DNA of 64,000 nt, taken from contig JBDHKN010000017.1 in NCBI GenBank assembly GCA_039586365.1, positions 20,735 through 84,734 on the forward strand. The letters run 5' to 3'. Positions within the stretch are counted from its first letter, which is position 1; each line of letters begins with the position of its first letter. The notes below the pieces were generated by a model. That model was not told the DNA's origin and did no database searches. It saw only the letters and a list, made by a program, of their open reading frames with translations. Made by a program: the position numbers and the translations under genes. This document shows positions 39,118-48,268 of the stretch, one piece after another. This stretch comes from Gemmatimonadota bacterium. Its GTDB lineage: Bacteria; Gemmatimonadota; Gemmatimonadetes; Gemmatimonadales; GWC2-71-9.

Positions 39118-40080
39118 CATGAGGTATGTGATATAGGTGGCGAAGCCGACCAACAGGATCAGCCCGTCCCATCTTCCCACTCGGCGACCCATCCACATCA
39201 GGGGGAACATCGCCGCGCAGAACGCCACCATCACCCAGTTATCCAAAGTGGCTGCCTGAGCGAGGATCGGCACGGGGTATACCAACGCCGTCGCCCCAAG
39301 AACGCCCAGTAAATTGAACAAGTTGGAGCCGATGATGTTTGCGAGAGCGATCTCAGGCTCTTTTCGCTTGGCGGCTACGAGGCTGGTCGCCAGTTCTGGT
39401 AGGCTGGTGCCCATGGCCACTACGGTCAGGCCGATTATGCGTTCGTTTACTCTCCAGATCTCAGCTAGACTGACCGCGCCGCGCACGACCTGGTCGGCGC
39501 CGAGTACGAGGGCAACTACACCTACGGTGATGAGCAGGGCGTTGCGGCTCCAAGCCCGTCCAGCACCGGCCTTCAGGTGAGCAGCGCGCTGCACGTCGCG
39601 TTCTATGGCGCTGGCTTCGTCTGGGACCACTTCTCTCCGGGCCAGCCACACTATGTACGCCGTGAACAGCGAAAGCACAGCGATTAAGAAGACGCCCTCC
39701 AACCGGTCAATCCATCTGTCGCGGCACAGCAGCAATACCAGGCCGGCGACCGTGAGCATGAACGGGTACTCGATTTGAATGGTCTGGCGCCTAACCGCGA
39801 TGGGAGCCACAAGTGCCGCCACTCCCAGAATCATACCGATATTGAAGATGGTTGAACCGATGATGTTGCCGTACGCGAGCCCGGTTACACCTCTCGCTGC
39901 AGCACCCACGCTGACGGCCAGCTCCGGCAGACTGGTGCCCATAGCCACTACAGTCAGGCCCACGACCGTGGTAGACAATCGTGCCAGCAGCGCGAGCCTG
40001 GTCGCGCCGCGAACGAGGTAGTCTCCACCGAGGAAAAGGACCACCAGTCCCACAATCAGTTGGCCGATGCCGATCACCAT
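39100..40080 (-). CDS. Calcium/sodium antiporter (YrbG-like)
   Basis: Two alpha repeats GLTVVAMGTSLPEL, each followed by NIIGS. Confidence 0.93.
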   Translation of the reverse strand: MVIGIGQLIVGLVVLFLGGDYLVRGATRLALLARLSTTVVGLTVVAMGTSLPELAVSVGAAARGVTGLAYGNIIGSTIFNIGMILGVAALVAPIAVRRQTIQIEYPFMLTVAGLVLLLCRDRWIDRLEGVFLIAVLSLFTAYIVWLARREVVPDEASAIERDVQRAAHLKAGAGRAWSRNALLITVGVVALVLGADQVVRGAVSLAEIWRVNERIIGLTVVAMGTSLPELATSLVAAKRKEPEIALANIIGSNLFNLLGVLGATALVYPVPILAQAATLDNWVMVAFCAAMFPLMWMGRRVGRWDGLILLVGFATYITYLMLTLGA

Positions 40081-40090
40081 GAGGTTCGCC

Positions 40091-41215
40091 TCATAACCTC
40101 TCGTCATCAATCGGGGAGGGAGTCTCCTCACTCAACCATTCGTCGAACGATACCGTACGGGTCAACGCGCCAGGTCGCCGGCGGAACCATTGAAGCAACA
40201 GCAGCATCTCGTCAATTGCACCCTGGGGCAAGGATGATCCTGACACTGGTTTCCACTCGGCATGTTCCGCAACCAGGGCGCGGAACGCCTCTCGCTCGAT
40301 CGGCGTTCGTGGAACCGGTGCAGCCGCGCGCACTGCCGCGTGGTTGATGACATACGCGCGATCGTCGCCGTAGGTACCCGGGTCGAGGTACACGAAACTC
40401 AGCGACGCGACCGCTGCTCGTGACCGTGCCGAGGCGCTGAGCAGCCATTCGAGGTGGTCGAATTTGTTGCGCCACCACGCCGCCAACTCGAAATCACTCC
40501 TGTCGCTCGCGGCAGTCATCTCAGTGACCACGCGGTCGAGGGGTGCAATGGCGTTGGCCTCGAGGAAATCGATCGCGGTCTGGAGTCGCTCCTGGTATTC
40601 GGACTCGCTCACCAGAGCGGCACAGGGTCCGGTGCACTGCCCCAGGTCGTACCTGAGGCAACCTGCTCTTCGCGTCGGTCCGAACAGGTCTTTTTGCTCG
40701 GGAAAACTGATCGGCATTCTCAAGGAGCAGTCGCGCAGACCCATGAGGTCGTTCAGCACACGGATCGCTTCCCGCAGGCGCGTCAGTCCGCTATAGGGAC
40801 CGTAGTGGATGGTGCCATCAGAGCCCGGCGAGGTCCCAACGTAGATCTTGGGAGCCGGTCCCTGCGAGATCTTGATGAAGCCGGCGCGCCGATTGCGATT
40901 CATTCGGACGTTGAACACTGGTCTGTAGCGCAAGATTTGCCGCAACTCCCCCAACAATGCGGCGAACTCCGAAGGCATATCGTCCCACTCGATATCGGTG
41001 GTGGAGTTGAGGATGCGAGCGCCTTTGTCTTCGGGGTAACGGGCGCGGAAATAGGAAAGCAGCCGGTTCCGCAGCCGTTTTGCCTTACCCACGTACACTA
41101 CTCGGCCGGCGGCATCGAGCATGCGGTAGACAGCAGGCCGGTTCTCCGCTAAAGCTAGGACACGGCGTCGCAACCTACGTTGGTCGGTTAACGGTAGTTC
41201 CAAGGTCGCCGTCAT
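40091..41215 (-). CDS. GIY-YIG endonuclease, UvrC N-terminal/Cho-like
   Basis: PAVYRM...YVGKAKRLRNRLLSYF, Cys cluster CLRY...CTGPC, UVR-like FELAAWWRN. Confidence 0.8.
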   Translation of the reverse strand: MTATLELPLTDQRRLRRRVLALAENRPAVYRMLDAAGRVVYVGKAKRLRNRLLSYFRARYPEDKGARILNSTTDIEWDDMPSEFAALLGELRQILRYRPVFNVRMNRNRRAGFIKISQGPAPKIYVGTSPGSDGTIHYGPYSGLTRLREAIRVLNDLMGLRDCSLRMPISFPEQKDLFGPTRRAGCLRYDLGQCTGPCAALVSESEYQERLQTAIDFLEANAIAPLDRVVTEMTAASDRSDFELAAWWRNKFDHLEWLLSASARSRAAVASLSFVYLDPGTYGDDRAYVINHAAVRAAAPVPRTPIEREAFRALVAEHAEWKPVSGSSLPQGAIDEMLLLLQWFRRRPGALTRTVSFDEWLSEETPSPIDDERL

Positions 41216-41245
41216 CGATGTTCCCCGGGCGCGTGCGGTCTCATC

Positions 41246-42082
41246 TCAAGACGGAGTACCCTGGCACCTCCAGCAGAAGTAGGTCGCCCGGCCGTCGATG
41301 GCATGTGTCGTTGCCAGGTGCGTCCCACATTCAGTACATGGTCTACCCGCGCGCCCATAGACCAGCAGAGATTCCTGAAAGGAGCCGCGCTGTCCGGTAC
41401 CGGTTCTGTAGTCTCGAAAAGTCGTTCCTTGAGCCGCAATGGCCTCCCCTAATACTGCACGCAGTTCCCGATAGAGGCGCTCGAGACTATGACGGTCGAG
41501 CTTGTCGGTCCTGCGTGACGGATCAATAGCAGCCCTGAACAGCGCCTCGTTCGCGTATATGTTGCCAACGCCGGCGATACGTGCTTGGTCCATCAGGGTT
41601 TTCTTGATTGCCTGACGAGTGCCACGCAGCCGTGCCGCGAACTTGGCAATGTCGAACGCGTCGTCCAGGGGCTCAGGGCCGATGCGAGCAGTATAGGATA
41701 GCCACGCCTTCTCCTGCAACAAGTGGATGGTTCCGAGCCGCCGGACGTCCCGATACACAAACGTCTCCCGCCGACCGACCTTCATCTCCAGTACGGCGTA
41801 GCGCTGCTCTGCTGTCCGGAGACTCCGAGGATAGACGATAAGCGTGCCCGTCATCCGGGGCTGAATAATCAGTCGTAGGCCGTTGCGGAGCAGAAGCACT
41901 GCGTGTTTGGCGCGGCGGGACACGCGTTCCACCCGCTGGCCGTCGAGGGAGCTGATGAAGCGGCGTCGACTGATCCCTCGGAGCACGTCTGTCTTGTGCA
42001 GTTGAGGGTTTCGTAGGGTTCTTCCAGTCAGGTGTGGGGCGATATCGCGGACAATCGTCTCGACTTCAGGCAGCTCCGGCAC
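41246..42082 (-). CDS. mutM: Formamidopyrimidine-DNA glycosylase
   Basis: N-terminal PELPEVE, RRAK, DVRRLG, GVGNIYANE, C4 zinc finger. Confidence 0.95.
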   Translation of the reverse strand: MPELPEVETIVRDIAPHLTGRTLRNPQLHKTDVLRGISRRRFISSLDGQRVERVSRRAKHAVLLLRNGLRLIIQPRMTGTLIVYPRSLRTAEQRYAVLEMKVGRRETFVYRDVRRLGTIHLLQEKAWLSYTARIGPEPLDDAFDIAKFAARLRGTRQAIKKTLMDQARIAGVGNIYANEALFRAAIDPSRRTDKLDRHSLERLYRELRAVLGEAIAAQGTTFRDYRTGTGQRGSFQESLLVYGRAGRPCTECGTHLATTHAIDGRATYFCWRCQGTPS

Positions 42083-43343
42083 GAGCAACCTCACGCCATG
42101 CGATGTCTCGTCGGTACACCTTTCCCTCGAAGTTGACGGCCTCGGCGAGTTCGCGACTTCGCTCGGCGGCCTCGGACACGTCTGCTCCCAGACCGGTGGC
42201 GCACAATACTCGGCCGCCGGCTGTTAGCAGATTCCCGGACCGGTCAAGGCACGTGCCGGCGTGGAACAGGAGAGTCTCTTGGTGTAGCTCGACAGGAATC
42301 GAGATCACCTTGCCCTTAGCCGGAGCATCGGGGTAGCCCGCTGAAGCCAAGACAGTTGTCACGGCCGCCTTGTCCGGTGCCCAGCTGTCCTGCGTCGGGC
42401 GCCAAGGCTCTCCTGACGCGATTTGCCACATGTGCTCCAGGAGACCGCCGTCGGCTATTGGGAGCACCGCCTGGGCTTCAGGATCACCAAAGCGACAGTT
42501 GAACTCCAGGACTTTCGGGTCTCCGGCCGCGGTGATCATGATCCCGGCATACAGTACGCCGTGGTATGGTGCTCCCAGATCTGCCAAGTGCCGCAGCACG
42601 GGTCGGATGACTTCCGCAGACACCCGCGCAAGCAACTCAGGAGTCGCCGGCGACACTGGTGTGTATGCTCCCATCCCGCCTGTGTTGGGGCCGCTGTCTC
42701 CTTCACCCAGACGCTTGTGGTCCTGGGATGACGGCAGGAGCATGATTTGCTCCCCATCAGTGAGCGCGAGCACCGAGAGCTCTTCACCCTCGAGACATTC
42801 CTCAACCAGGACGCGCTCACCAGCACTGCCAAATCTGCCCGCGAACATCTGACGGGCGGCTGTCTCGGCCGCTGCACGAGATTGGCACACGATAGCGCCT
42901 TTGCCAGCCGCCAGACCGGAAGCTTTGACCACTAGAGGCTCAGGGTGAGATTGGATGAAGCTGACCGCTTGCTGCTCATCCGTGAAGATGGTGGCTTGAG
43001 CCGTGGGAACCTCGGACTGCAGCATGATCTCTTTGGCGAAAGCCTTCGAGGCTTCGATTCTGGCTGCGTTCGCTTTGGGTCCGAACGCGGCGTAGCCGGC
43101 CTGGTCCAGACTGTCAACCAGTCCTGTGGCGAGTGGAGCCTCGGGCCCGATGACGGTGAGATCGATCTTGTGTTCACCCACTGCCGACACGATGGATGCG
43201 TGGTCGGCAGGGTCGAGCGGCAGATTCGTGCCGAGTTGGGCGGTACCCGGATTCCCCGGGGCGCAGAAGATGCGAGCGGATCGAGAGAGGGTCCAGCACA
43301 GAGCGTGCTCGCGACCCCCGCTCCCGATCACTAACACATTCAC
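42066..43343 (-). CDS. purD: Phosphoribosylamine-glycine ligase
   Basis: GSGGREHA, GLAAGKG, QDHKR, GPNTGGMG, EFNCRFGDPE. Confidence 0.97.
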   Translation of the reverse strand: MNVLVIGSGGREHALCWTLSRSARIFCAPGNPGTAQLGTNLPLDPADHASIVSAVGEHKIDLTVIGPEAPLATGLVDSLDQAGYAAFGPKANAARIEASKAFAKEIMLQSEVPTAQATIFTDEQQAVSFIQSHPEPLVVKASGLAAGKGAIVCQSRAAAETAARQMFAGRFGSAGERVLVEECLEGEELSVLALTDGEQIMLLPSSQDHKRLGEGDSGPNTGGMGAYTPVSPATPELLARVSAEVIRPVLRHLADLGAPYHGVLYAGIMITAAGDPKVLEFNCRFGDPEAQAVLPIADGGLLEHMWQIASGEPWRPTQDSWAPDKAAVTTVLASAGYPDAPAKGKVISIPVELHQETLLFHAGTCLDRSGNLLTAGGRVLCATGLGADVSEAAERSRELAEAVNFEGKVYRRDIAWREVARAGAA

Positions 43344-44347
43344 TTGTCCTTACCTTCCTTGAACGCGTCGGTAAACGCCTGAGCTGCCCGCTTCACGGCA
43401 TCGGTTACGTCACCCACTGTGTCTCTCGCACTCCTTGCATAGTGCGCTGCGGCCTCACCGATGTCTTCCGTGACAGATCGCCTTTCCTCCTCCTCGCCCC
43501 GGTGTGTGTACTGGCCCTGCACGATCGTATCGTAGGCGCCATCGGTGATCCAGCTCTGTAGCTCCGCAGCCCGTAAGGTGTGGAACGGGTGAGTCAGGCT
43601 CAGCGTGTTGAGCACCTTGTACACCCTATCCATCGGCCCACCCATGGTCTCGTACGCCCGGGCCTGCTCCATGAAGGCATCGAGATCGGTTTCCGCGGCA
43701 CTGCCCCCGCCAGCAAGCTTGAGAAACACGCGCATGGAAGCGACAGGATCCTGCGTAGCTAGCAGGCCCGCCCGATCTGACGAAAGCTCTGCCTTACGTG
43801 ACCACTCGAGCAAAGCCAACTGAATTGGCAGCAGAGCCAGACCGGCCAAGAACGGGAGATTGTTGAACCCAAACATCAACAAGATCAGCAGAACGGTACG
43901 GTAGAGCGAGTGTCCGCTCATCACATGTCCCAGCTCGTGCCCCAGGATTACGCGCAACTCGTCTTCATCCAACAACTGCAATGTCCCAGAGTTGAGTGTG
44001 ATGAACGGATGGTCCATGCCCACCGCACCCGCGTTGACGAGCGGCGTTTGGGTTACGTATAGCTCGGGTTGTTCGGGCCAATCCATGGTGACTGTCACTT
44101 CGGTCAAGAGGCCGTGCAGCTGGGGGAATTGTCTGGGTCCGACCCGCACTGCGTTGGCCTGGAATAGCAGCCGAATGCCGCGCTCTCCAAAGAAGCCGAA
44201 GATCCGTTTCACGACTTCGTCAAATCCCGGTATGGCTCTGAGAGTCTGAAGGGCGGCCCTGTCGGCTGGATGCTCCCATGCGGTTGCGGAGATGTCCTTC
44301 AGAATCACCCGTGACCGCTCCGATGGAAGACCTCTGTCCTCGCTCAT
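43340..44347 (-). CDS. M48 family zinc metallopeptidase
   Basis: WEHPADR, HELGH, ELSSDRAG, THP. Confidence 0.88.
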   Translation of the reverse strand: MSEDRGLPSERSRVILKDISATAWEHPADRAALQTLRAIPGFDEVVKRIFGFFGERGIRLLFQANAVRVGPRQFPQLHGLLTEVTVTMDWPEQPELYVTQTPLVNAGAVGMDHPFITLNSGTLQLLDEDELRVILGHELGHVMSGHSLYRTVLLILLMFGFNNLPFLAGLALLPIQLALLEWSRKAELSSDRAGLLATQDPVASMRVFLKLAGGGSAAETDLDAFMEQARAYETMGGPMDRVYKVLNTLSLTHPFHTLRAAELQSWITDGAYDTIVQGQYTHRGEEEERRSVTEDIGEAAAHYARSARDTVGDVTDAVKRAAQAFTDAFKEGKDK

Positions 44348-44423
44348 ACCTGCCTCCGCGTTGGCTTCAAATTGAGTCTGCTCTAATTCCGTACGCCCTT
44401 GCGCCCTGCGGGTTTCAGGCTCG

Positions 44424-45596
44424 TTAGGAGGTCGCTCTCAGGGCTCGGTCGAGATCTTCTATTAGGTCTGCGGTGTCCTCAATACCGACTGACAGCCTGA
44501 TCAGTCCGTCGCTGAGCCCCATCTCCTCGCGCATTGTCTGGGGCACCGATGCGTGGGTCATCGATGCCGGATGACCAATCAGACTCTCCACACCACCCAA
44601 TGACTCGGCGAGGGCGAAGATCTCAGTGTTCTCCACTACCGTCCTAGCTCGTTCCAACGATCCGAGCTCGACAGAGATCATCCCACCAAACCCGGTCATC
44701 TGTCGGCGTGCGAGTTCATATTGGGGGTGGCTGGGTAAGCCCGGGTAGAACACGCGCTGAACCGCTGCGTGTTCCTCCAGCCACTTGGCTATCGCAAGCC
44801 CCGACTTGTCGTGTTGCTGCATGCGTAGGGGAAGTGTCTTCACGCCTCGGAGCACCAACCAGCAATCCAGTGGGCCGGGCACCGCGCCAGACGCATTCTG
44901 GATGAATTCGAAACGGCGTGACAAGTCTTCCCGCTTAGTGAGCACAGCCCCTCCCACCATGTCGCTGTGACCGTTCAGATACTTGGTAGTTGAGTGAATC
45001 ACTACTTCCGCGCCCAGCTCGAGCGGGCGTTGGAAGTATGGTGTGGCAAATGTGTTGTCCACCGCAACCACCAGGCCCCGGTCGCGTGCCAAGTCAGCGA
45101 CAGCGGTCAGGTCGGTGATGTGCATCATCGGGTTGGTGGGTGTCTCTACGTAGATCATCCTGGTGCTGTGAGTGATGGCAGTCTCTATCTGAGCTATGTC
45201 GCGCGTATCAACGAAGGTGAACTGCAAGCCCAGCCCCTGGAACACCTGTGTCATCATTCGGTGTGTGCCGCCGTACACGTTGGCGCCACAGATGACGTGC
45301 TCGCCGGCCTGCAACAGCTTCAACACAGCGTCGGTCGCGGCCAATCCAGATGCGAATGCGTGTCCGAAAGTGGCTCCTTCCAATGCGGCGAGATTGCGCT
45401 CCAGGGCATCACGCGTCGGGTTGCGAGTTCGGGCATACTCAAAGCCCTTATGCTTCCCCAAGCCATCTTGCACGTAAGTCGATGTCTGATAGACCGGCGT
45501 CATGATCGCACCGGTGGATTCATCCGGCCGCTGGCCTGCATGGATTGCACGGGTGGCGAACCCGGCATCAAGGTGTTCTTCAAAGACGCGTGTCAT
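44424..45596 (-). CDS. Cystathionine gamma-synthase/lyase (trans-sulfuration PLP enzyme)
   Basis: YQTSTY, ETPTNP, VDNTF, HSTTKYLNGHSD, AESLGGVES. Confidence 0.93.
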   Translation of the reverse strand: MTRVFEEHLDAGFATRAIHAGQRPDESTGAIMTPVYQTSTYVQDGLGKHKGFEYARTRNPTRDALERNLAALEGATFGHAFASGLAATDAVLKLLQAGEHVICGANVYGGTHRMMTQVFQGLGLQFTFVDTRDIAQIETAITHSTRMIYVETPTNPMMHITDLTAVADLARDRGLVVAVDNTFATPYFQRPLELGAEVVIHSTTKYLNGHSDMVGGAVLTKREDLSRRFEFIQNASGAVPGPLDCWLVLRGVKTLPLRMQQHDKSGLAIAKWLEEHAAVQRVFYPGLPSHPQYELARRQMTGFGGMISVELGSLERARTVVENTEIFALAESLGGVESLIGHPASMTHASVPQTMREEMGLSDGLIRLSVGIEDTADLIEDLDRALRATS

Positions 45597-45701
45597 GGCG
45601 CTCCGGAAGGCCGTGTTTTGTGCGGGAACGTAACGCACTCATCACTTCTACGGCAAGCGATCGTCTTGCAGTCCGGTTCCTGGCCGAATAGGTTGGTCGC
45701 C

Positions 45702-45824
45702 ATGAACGGTGTGTCCACAAGATGCCTCATTGTGGATGATGAGCCGGAGCTCAGAGATGTCGTCCGTAGGACGCTGGGGGCAGCTGGCTATGATTGCTGC
45801 ATCGCCCAGCTTAGCAGCTGGTGA
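45702..45824 (+). pseudogene. Truncated response-regulator receiver fragment
   Basis: MNGVSTRCLIVDDEPELRDVVRRTLGAAGYDC followed by a stop after 40 aa. Confidence 0.6.
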
Positions 45825-45897
45825 AGTCACAGTTTCGTCTGTCTGAGTGGCTGCGACACTTCAAGCTCGTGCACCAACAAACAGCGTATAACCATCC

Positions 45898-47265
45898 ATG
45901 AGCGAAACCCTAATCGTAAGTGTGTCGGGTGTGCGTGGTCTGGTTGGGAAAGATCTCACTCCCGAGTTGGTCGCAGGCTACGCTGCGGCGTTGGGAGTCT
46001 TGCTGCGAGGATCCGGGGATGAAATCGTTCTGGCTCGTGATGCTCGTACATCCGGTTCGATGTTCGCGGTGGCCGCTGCAGCAGGCCTACAGTCGGTTGG
46101 GATGAATGTCGTTGATTGTGGCTTGATCCCAACTCCAACAGCCCAGCTCGCGGTGGAGCATCACCGTGCTGCCGGTGGCATCGTGATCACCGCGAGTCAC
46201 AACCCGGTCGAGTGGAACGCGTTGAAGTTCGTTGGACCGGATGGAATGTTCCTGCCGCAGGAGATGGCTGGACGTCTGTTCGATCTGGCGCAGTCCGGCG
46301 GCTTCGCCCGTGCAGGGTGGGACACAGTGGGCGGGATGACCACTGATGGTAATGCAGTGCAGCGGCACATTGAGGGTGTGCTGGGACTGAGCGTGTTGAA
46401 TGTTGCGAAGATCCGGCAACGGGCAATTGTCGTGGCGTTGGACTGCGTGCGAGGAGCCGGTGGCACGATCATGCCAGAGCTACTGGAGAGGCTTGGTTGC
46501 CAGGCAGTCACGATGGACGTAGAGCCGGACGGTCGCTTCCCTCGCTCTCCCGAACCCGTGCCGGCGAACCTAGTGAAGCTAGGCGAACTCGTACGCCGTA
46601 GCGGCGCTGTGATTGGGATGGCGGTGGATCCGGATGTGGATCGGCTCGCTTTGGTCGACGAGTCGGGTTCACCGATTGGCGAGGATTACACTCTTGCCTT
46701 TGCGGTGCGCTCAGTGTTGCAGCAGCGCGCCGGGCCGGTCGTCACAAACCTATCCACATCGTTGGTAGTTGATGATGCGGCGCGGGAGTTCGGCATTCAG
46801 GTTGCGCGCGCGCCGGTGGGTGAAGCGAACGTGGCCGCGGCAATGAAGAGTGGTAGAGCTGTGATTGGAGGTGAGGGAAATGGCGGTGTGATGTTCCCAG
46901 CCTTGCATATCGGACGTGACGCTCCACTGGCGGCCGCCTTGGTTCTGGATCTCATGGCTCGCACGGGCCTGACGGTGAGCGAGTTGGTGGCCGCGCAACC
47001 GAAATACGTCATCGTCAAAGCCAAGGGGCCGCGGAACAGAGATCTCGAACCTGTCTATGGAGACTTGGAGGATGCATTCCCAGATGCAACGGTGGATCGT
47101 CAGGACGGCTTGCGGTTGGCTTGGCCCGACCGCTGGTTGCACGTGCGGCCTTCCGGGACCGAGCCGATTGTGAGGTTCATTGCGGAGGCTCGTACGGAGG
47201 CTGCCGCGCAGCAGCTGATCGATGCGGTCAGGGTGAGACTTGCGACGCCGGGGCAATCCGGGTGA
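45898..47265 (+). CDS. glmM: Phosphohexomutase (phosphoglucosamine mutase/PMM family)
   Basis: SVSGVRG, TASHNP, DPDVDR, GEGNGG, RPSGTEP. Confidence 0.85.
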   Translation: MSETLIVSVSGVRGLVGKDLTPELVAGYAAALGVLLRGSGDEIVLARDARTSGSMFAVAAAAGLQSVGMNVVDCGLIPTPTAQLAVEHHRAAGGIVITASHNPVEWNALKFVGPDGMFLPQEMAGRLFDLAQSGGFARAGWDTVGGMTTDGNAVQRHIEGVLGLSVLNVAKIRQRAIVVALDCVRGAGGTIMPELLERLGCQAVTMDVEPDGRFPRSPEPVPANLVKLGELVRRSGAVIGMAVDPDVDRLALVDESGSPIGEDYTLAFAVRSVLQQRAGPVVTNLSTSLVVDDAAREFGIQVARAPVGEANVAAAMKSGRAVIGGEGNGGVMFPALHIGRDAPLAAALVLDLMARTGLTVSELVAAQPKYVIVKAKGPRNRDLEPVYGDLEDAFPDATVDRQDGLRLAWPDRWLHVRPSGTEPIVRFIAEARTEAAAQQLIDAVRVRLATPGQSG

Positions 47266-47699
47266 AGGTGGTCCTGCAGCGTGTCTCCCGCGCGAGCGTA
47301 CGAGTTGGGCGGCGGGTGGTTGCTGCGATAGACCACGGTTTCCTGGTGCTGGTAGGATACGCGAGCGAGGATACGGAGCTGCAGCTCCAGTGGATGGCTG
47401 ACAAGATCGTGGGACTCAGATTGTTCGCCGATGATGAGGGGAAGATGAATCGCGATATCAGGGAAGTTGGAGGAGCGATCTTGGTCGTATCGCAGTTCAC
47501 CTTGTACGCGGATGCGCGTAAGGGTCGCAGGCCTTCATTCATCGGAGCAGCTCTACCAGAGCAAGCCATGGTGAAGTACCAGCAGTTTGTGCAGGAATTG
47601 GTTGCACGCGGAGTCCATGTGGCGACTGGTGAGTTCGGAGCTATGATGGATGTGGAACTCGTCAATGACGGCCCGGTGACACTGATCCTCGAACGATGA
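47262..47699 (+). CDS. dtd: D-aminoacyl-tRNA deacylase
   Basis: VVLQRV, SQFTL, GRRPSF, NDGPVT; GTGA overlap with glmM. Confidence 0.95.
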   Translation: MKVVLQRVSRASVRVGRRVVAAIDHGFLVLVGYASEDTELQLQWMADKIVGLRLFADDEGKMNRDIREVGGAILVVSQFTLYADARKGRRPSFIGAALPEQAMVKYQQFVQELVARGVHVATGEFGAMMDVELVNDGPVTLILER

Positions 47700-48268
47700 T
47701 AATCCTAGCTTCCCGCTCGCCGCGTCGTCGCCAGCTGTTGGACATGCTGGGGATCGAGCATATCGTGGACCCGGCGGAGATAGACGAAAGCGTGCGGTCA
47801 GGTGAGACTCCAGAGGATGCGGCGCTACGCCTCGCCAGTGAGAAAGCCTGTCTCGTTGCTCGGCGTCACCCCGGGGAGCATGTGCTGGCAGCCGATACCG
47901 TCGTCGTTCTGGACCGGCAGATACTAGGCAAGCCGAGCGCACCCGAAGAAGCGCACCAGATGATAGCTCGACTAGCCGGACGGCAGCACTTGGTGATTAC
48001 GGCTGTTGCCTTGGTCAAGGACGCCGCAATTCTACGGCATCATGATGTTACACGAGTGTGGTTCAGGACGCTGGATGAGGAGTTGATCAACGCGTACGTC
48101 GCAACCGGAGAGCCACTGGACAAGGCCGGCAGCTACGGCGTCCAGGGGTATGGTGCAGTACTGGTGGAGAGAATCGAAGGGGACTTCTTCAGTGTGATGG
48201 GCCTACCGCTGCGACTCGTGATAGACCTATTGGAGTCTGCCGGAATACGCTACCGTTTCACCCGGTAG
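47696..48268 (+). CDS. maf: Maf nucleoside triphosphate pyrophosphatase
   Basis: LASRSPRR, AADTVV, GKP, DKAGSY, VMGLP. Confidence 0.95.
   Translation: MIILASRSPRRRQLLDMLGIEHIVDPAEIDESVRSGETPEDAALRLASEKACLVARRHPGEHVLAADTVVVLDRQILGKPSAPEEAHQMIARLAGRQHLVITAVALVKDAAILRHHDVTRVWFRTLDEELINAYVATGEPLDKAGSYGVQGYGAVLVERIEGDFFSVMGLPLRLVIDLLESAGIRYRFTR

Noticed and set aside
45597..45897. SAM riboswitch upstream of the trans-sulfuration gene
   Set aside because: No recognisable SAM-I core; the region is occupied by the receiver fragment
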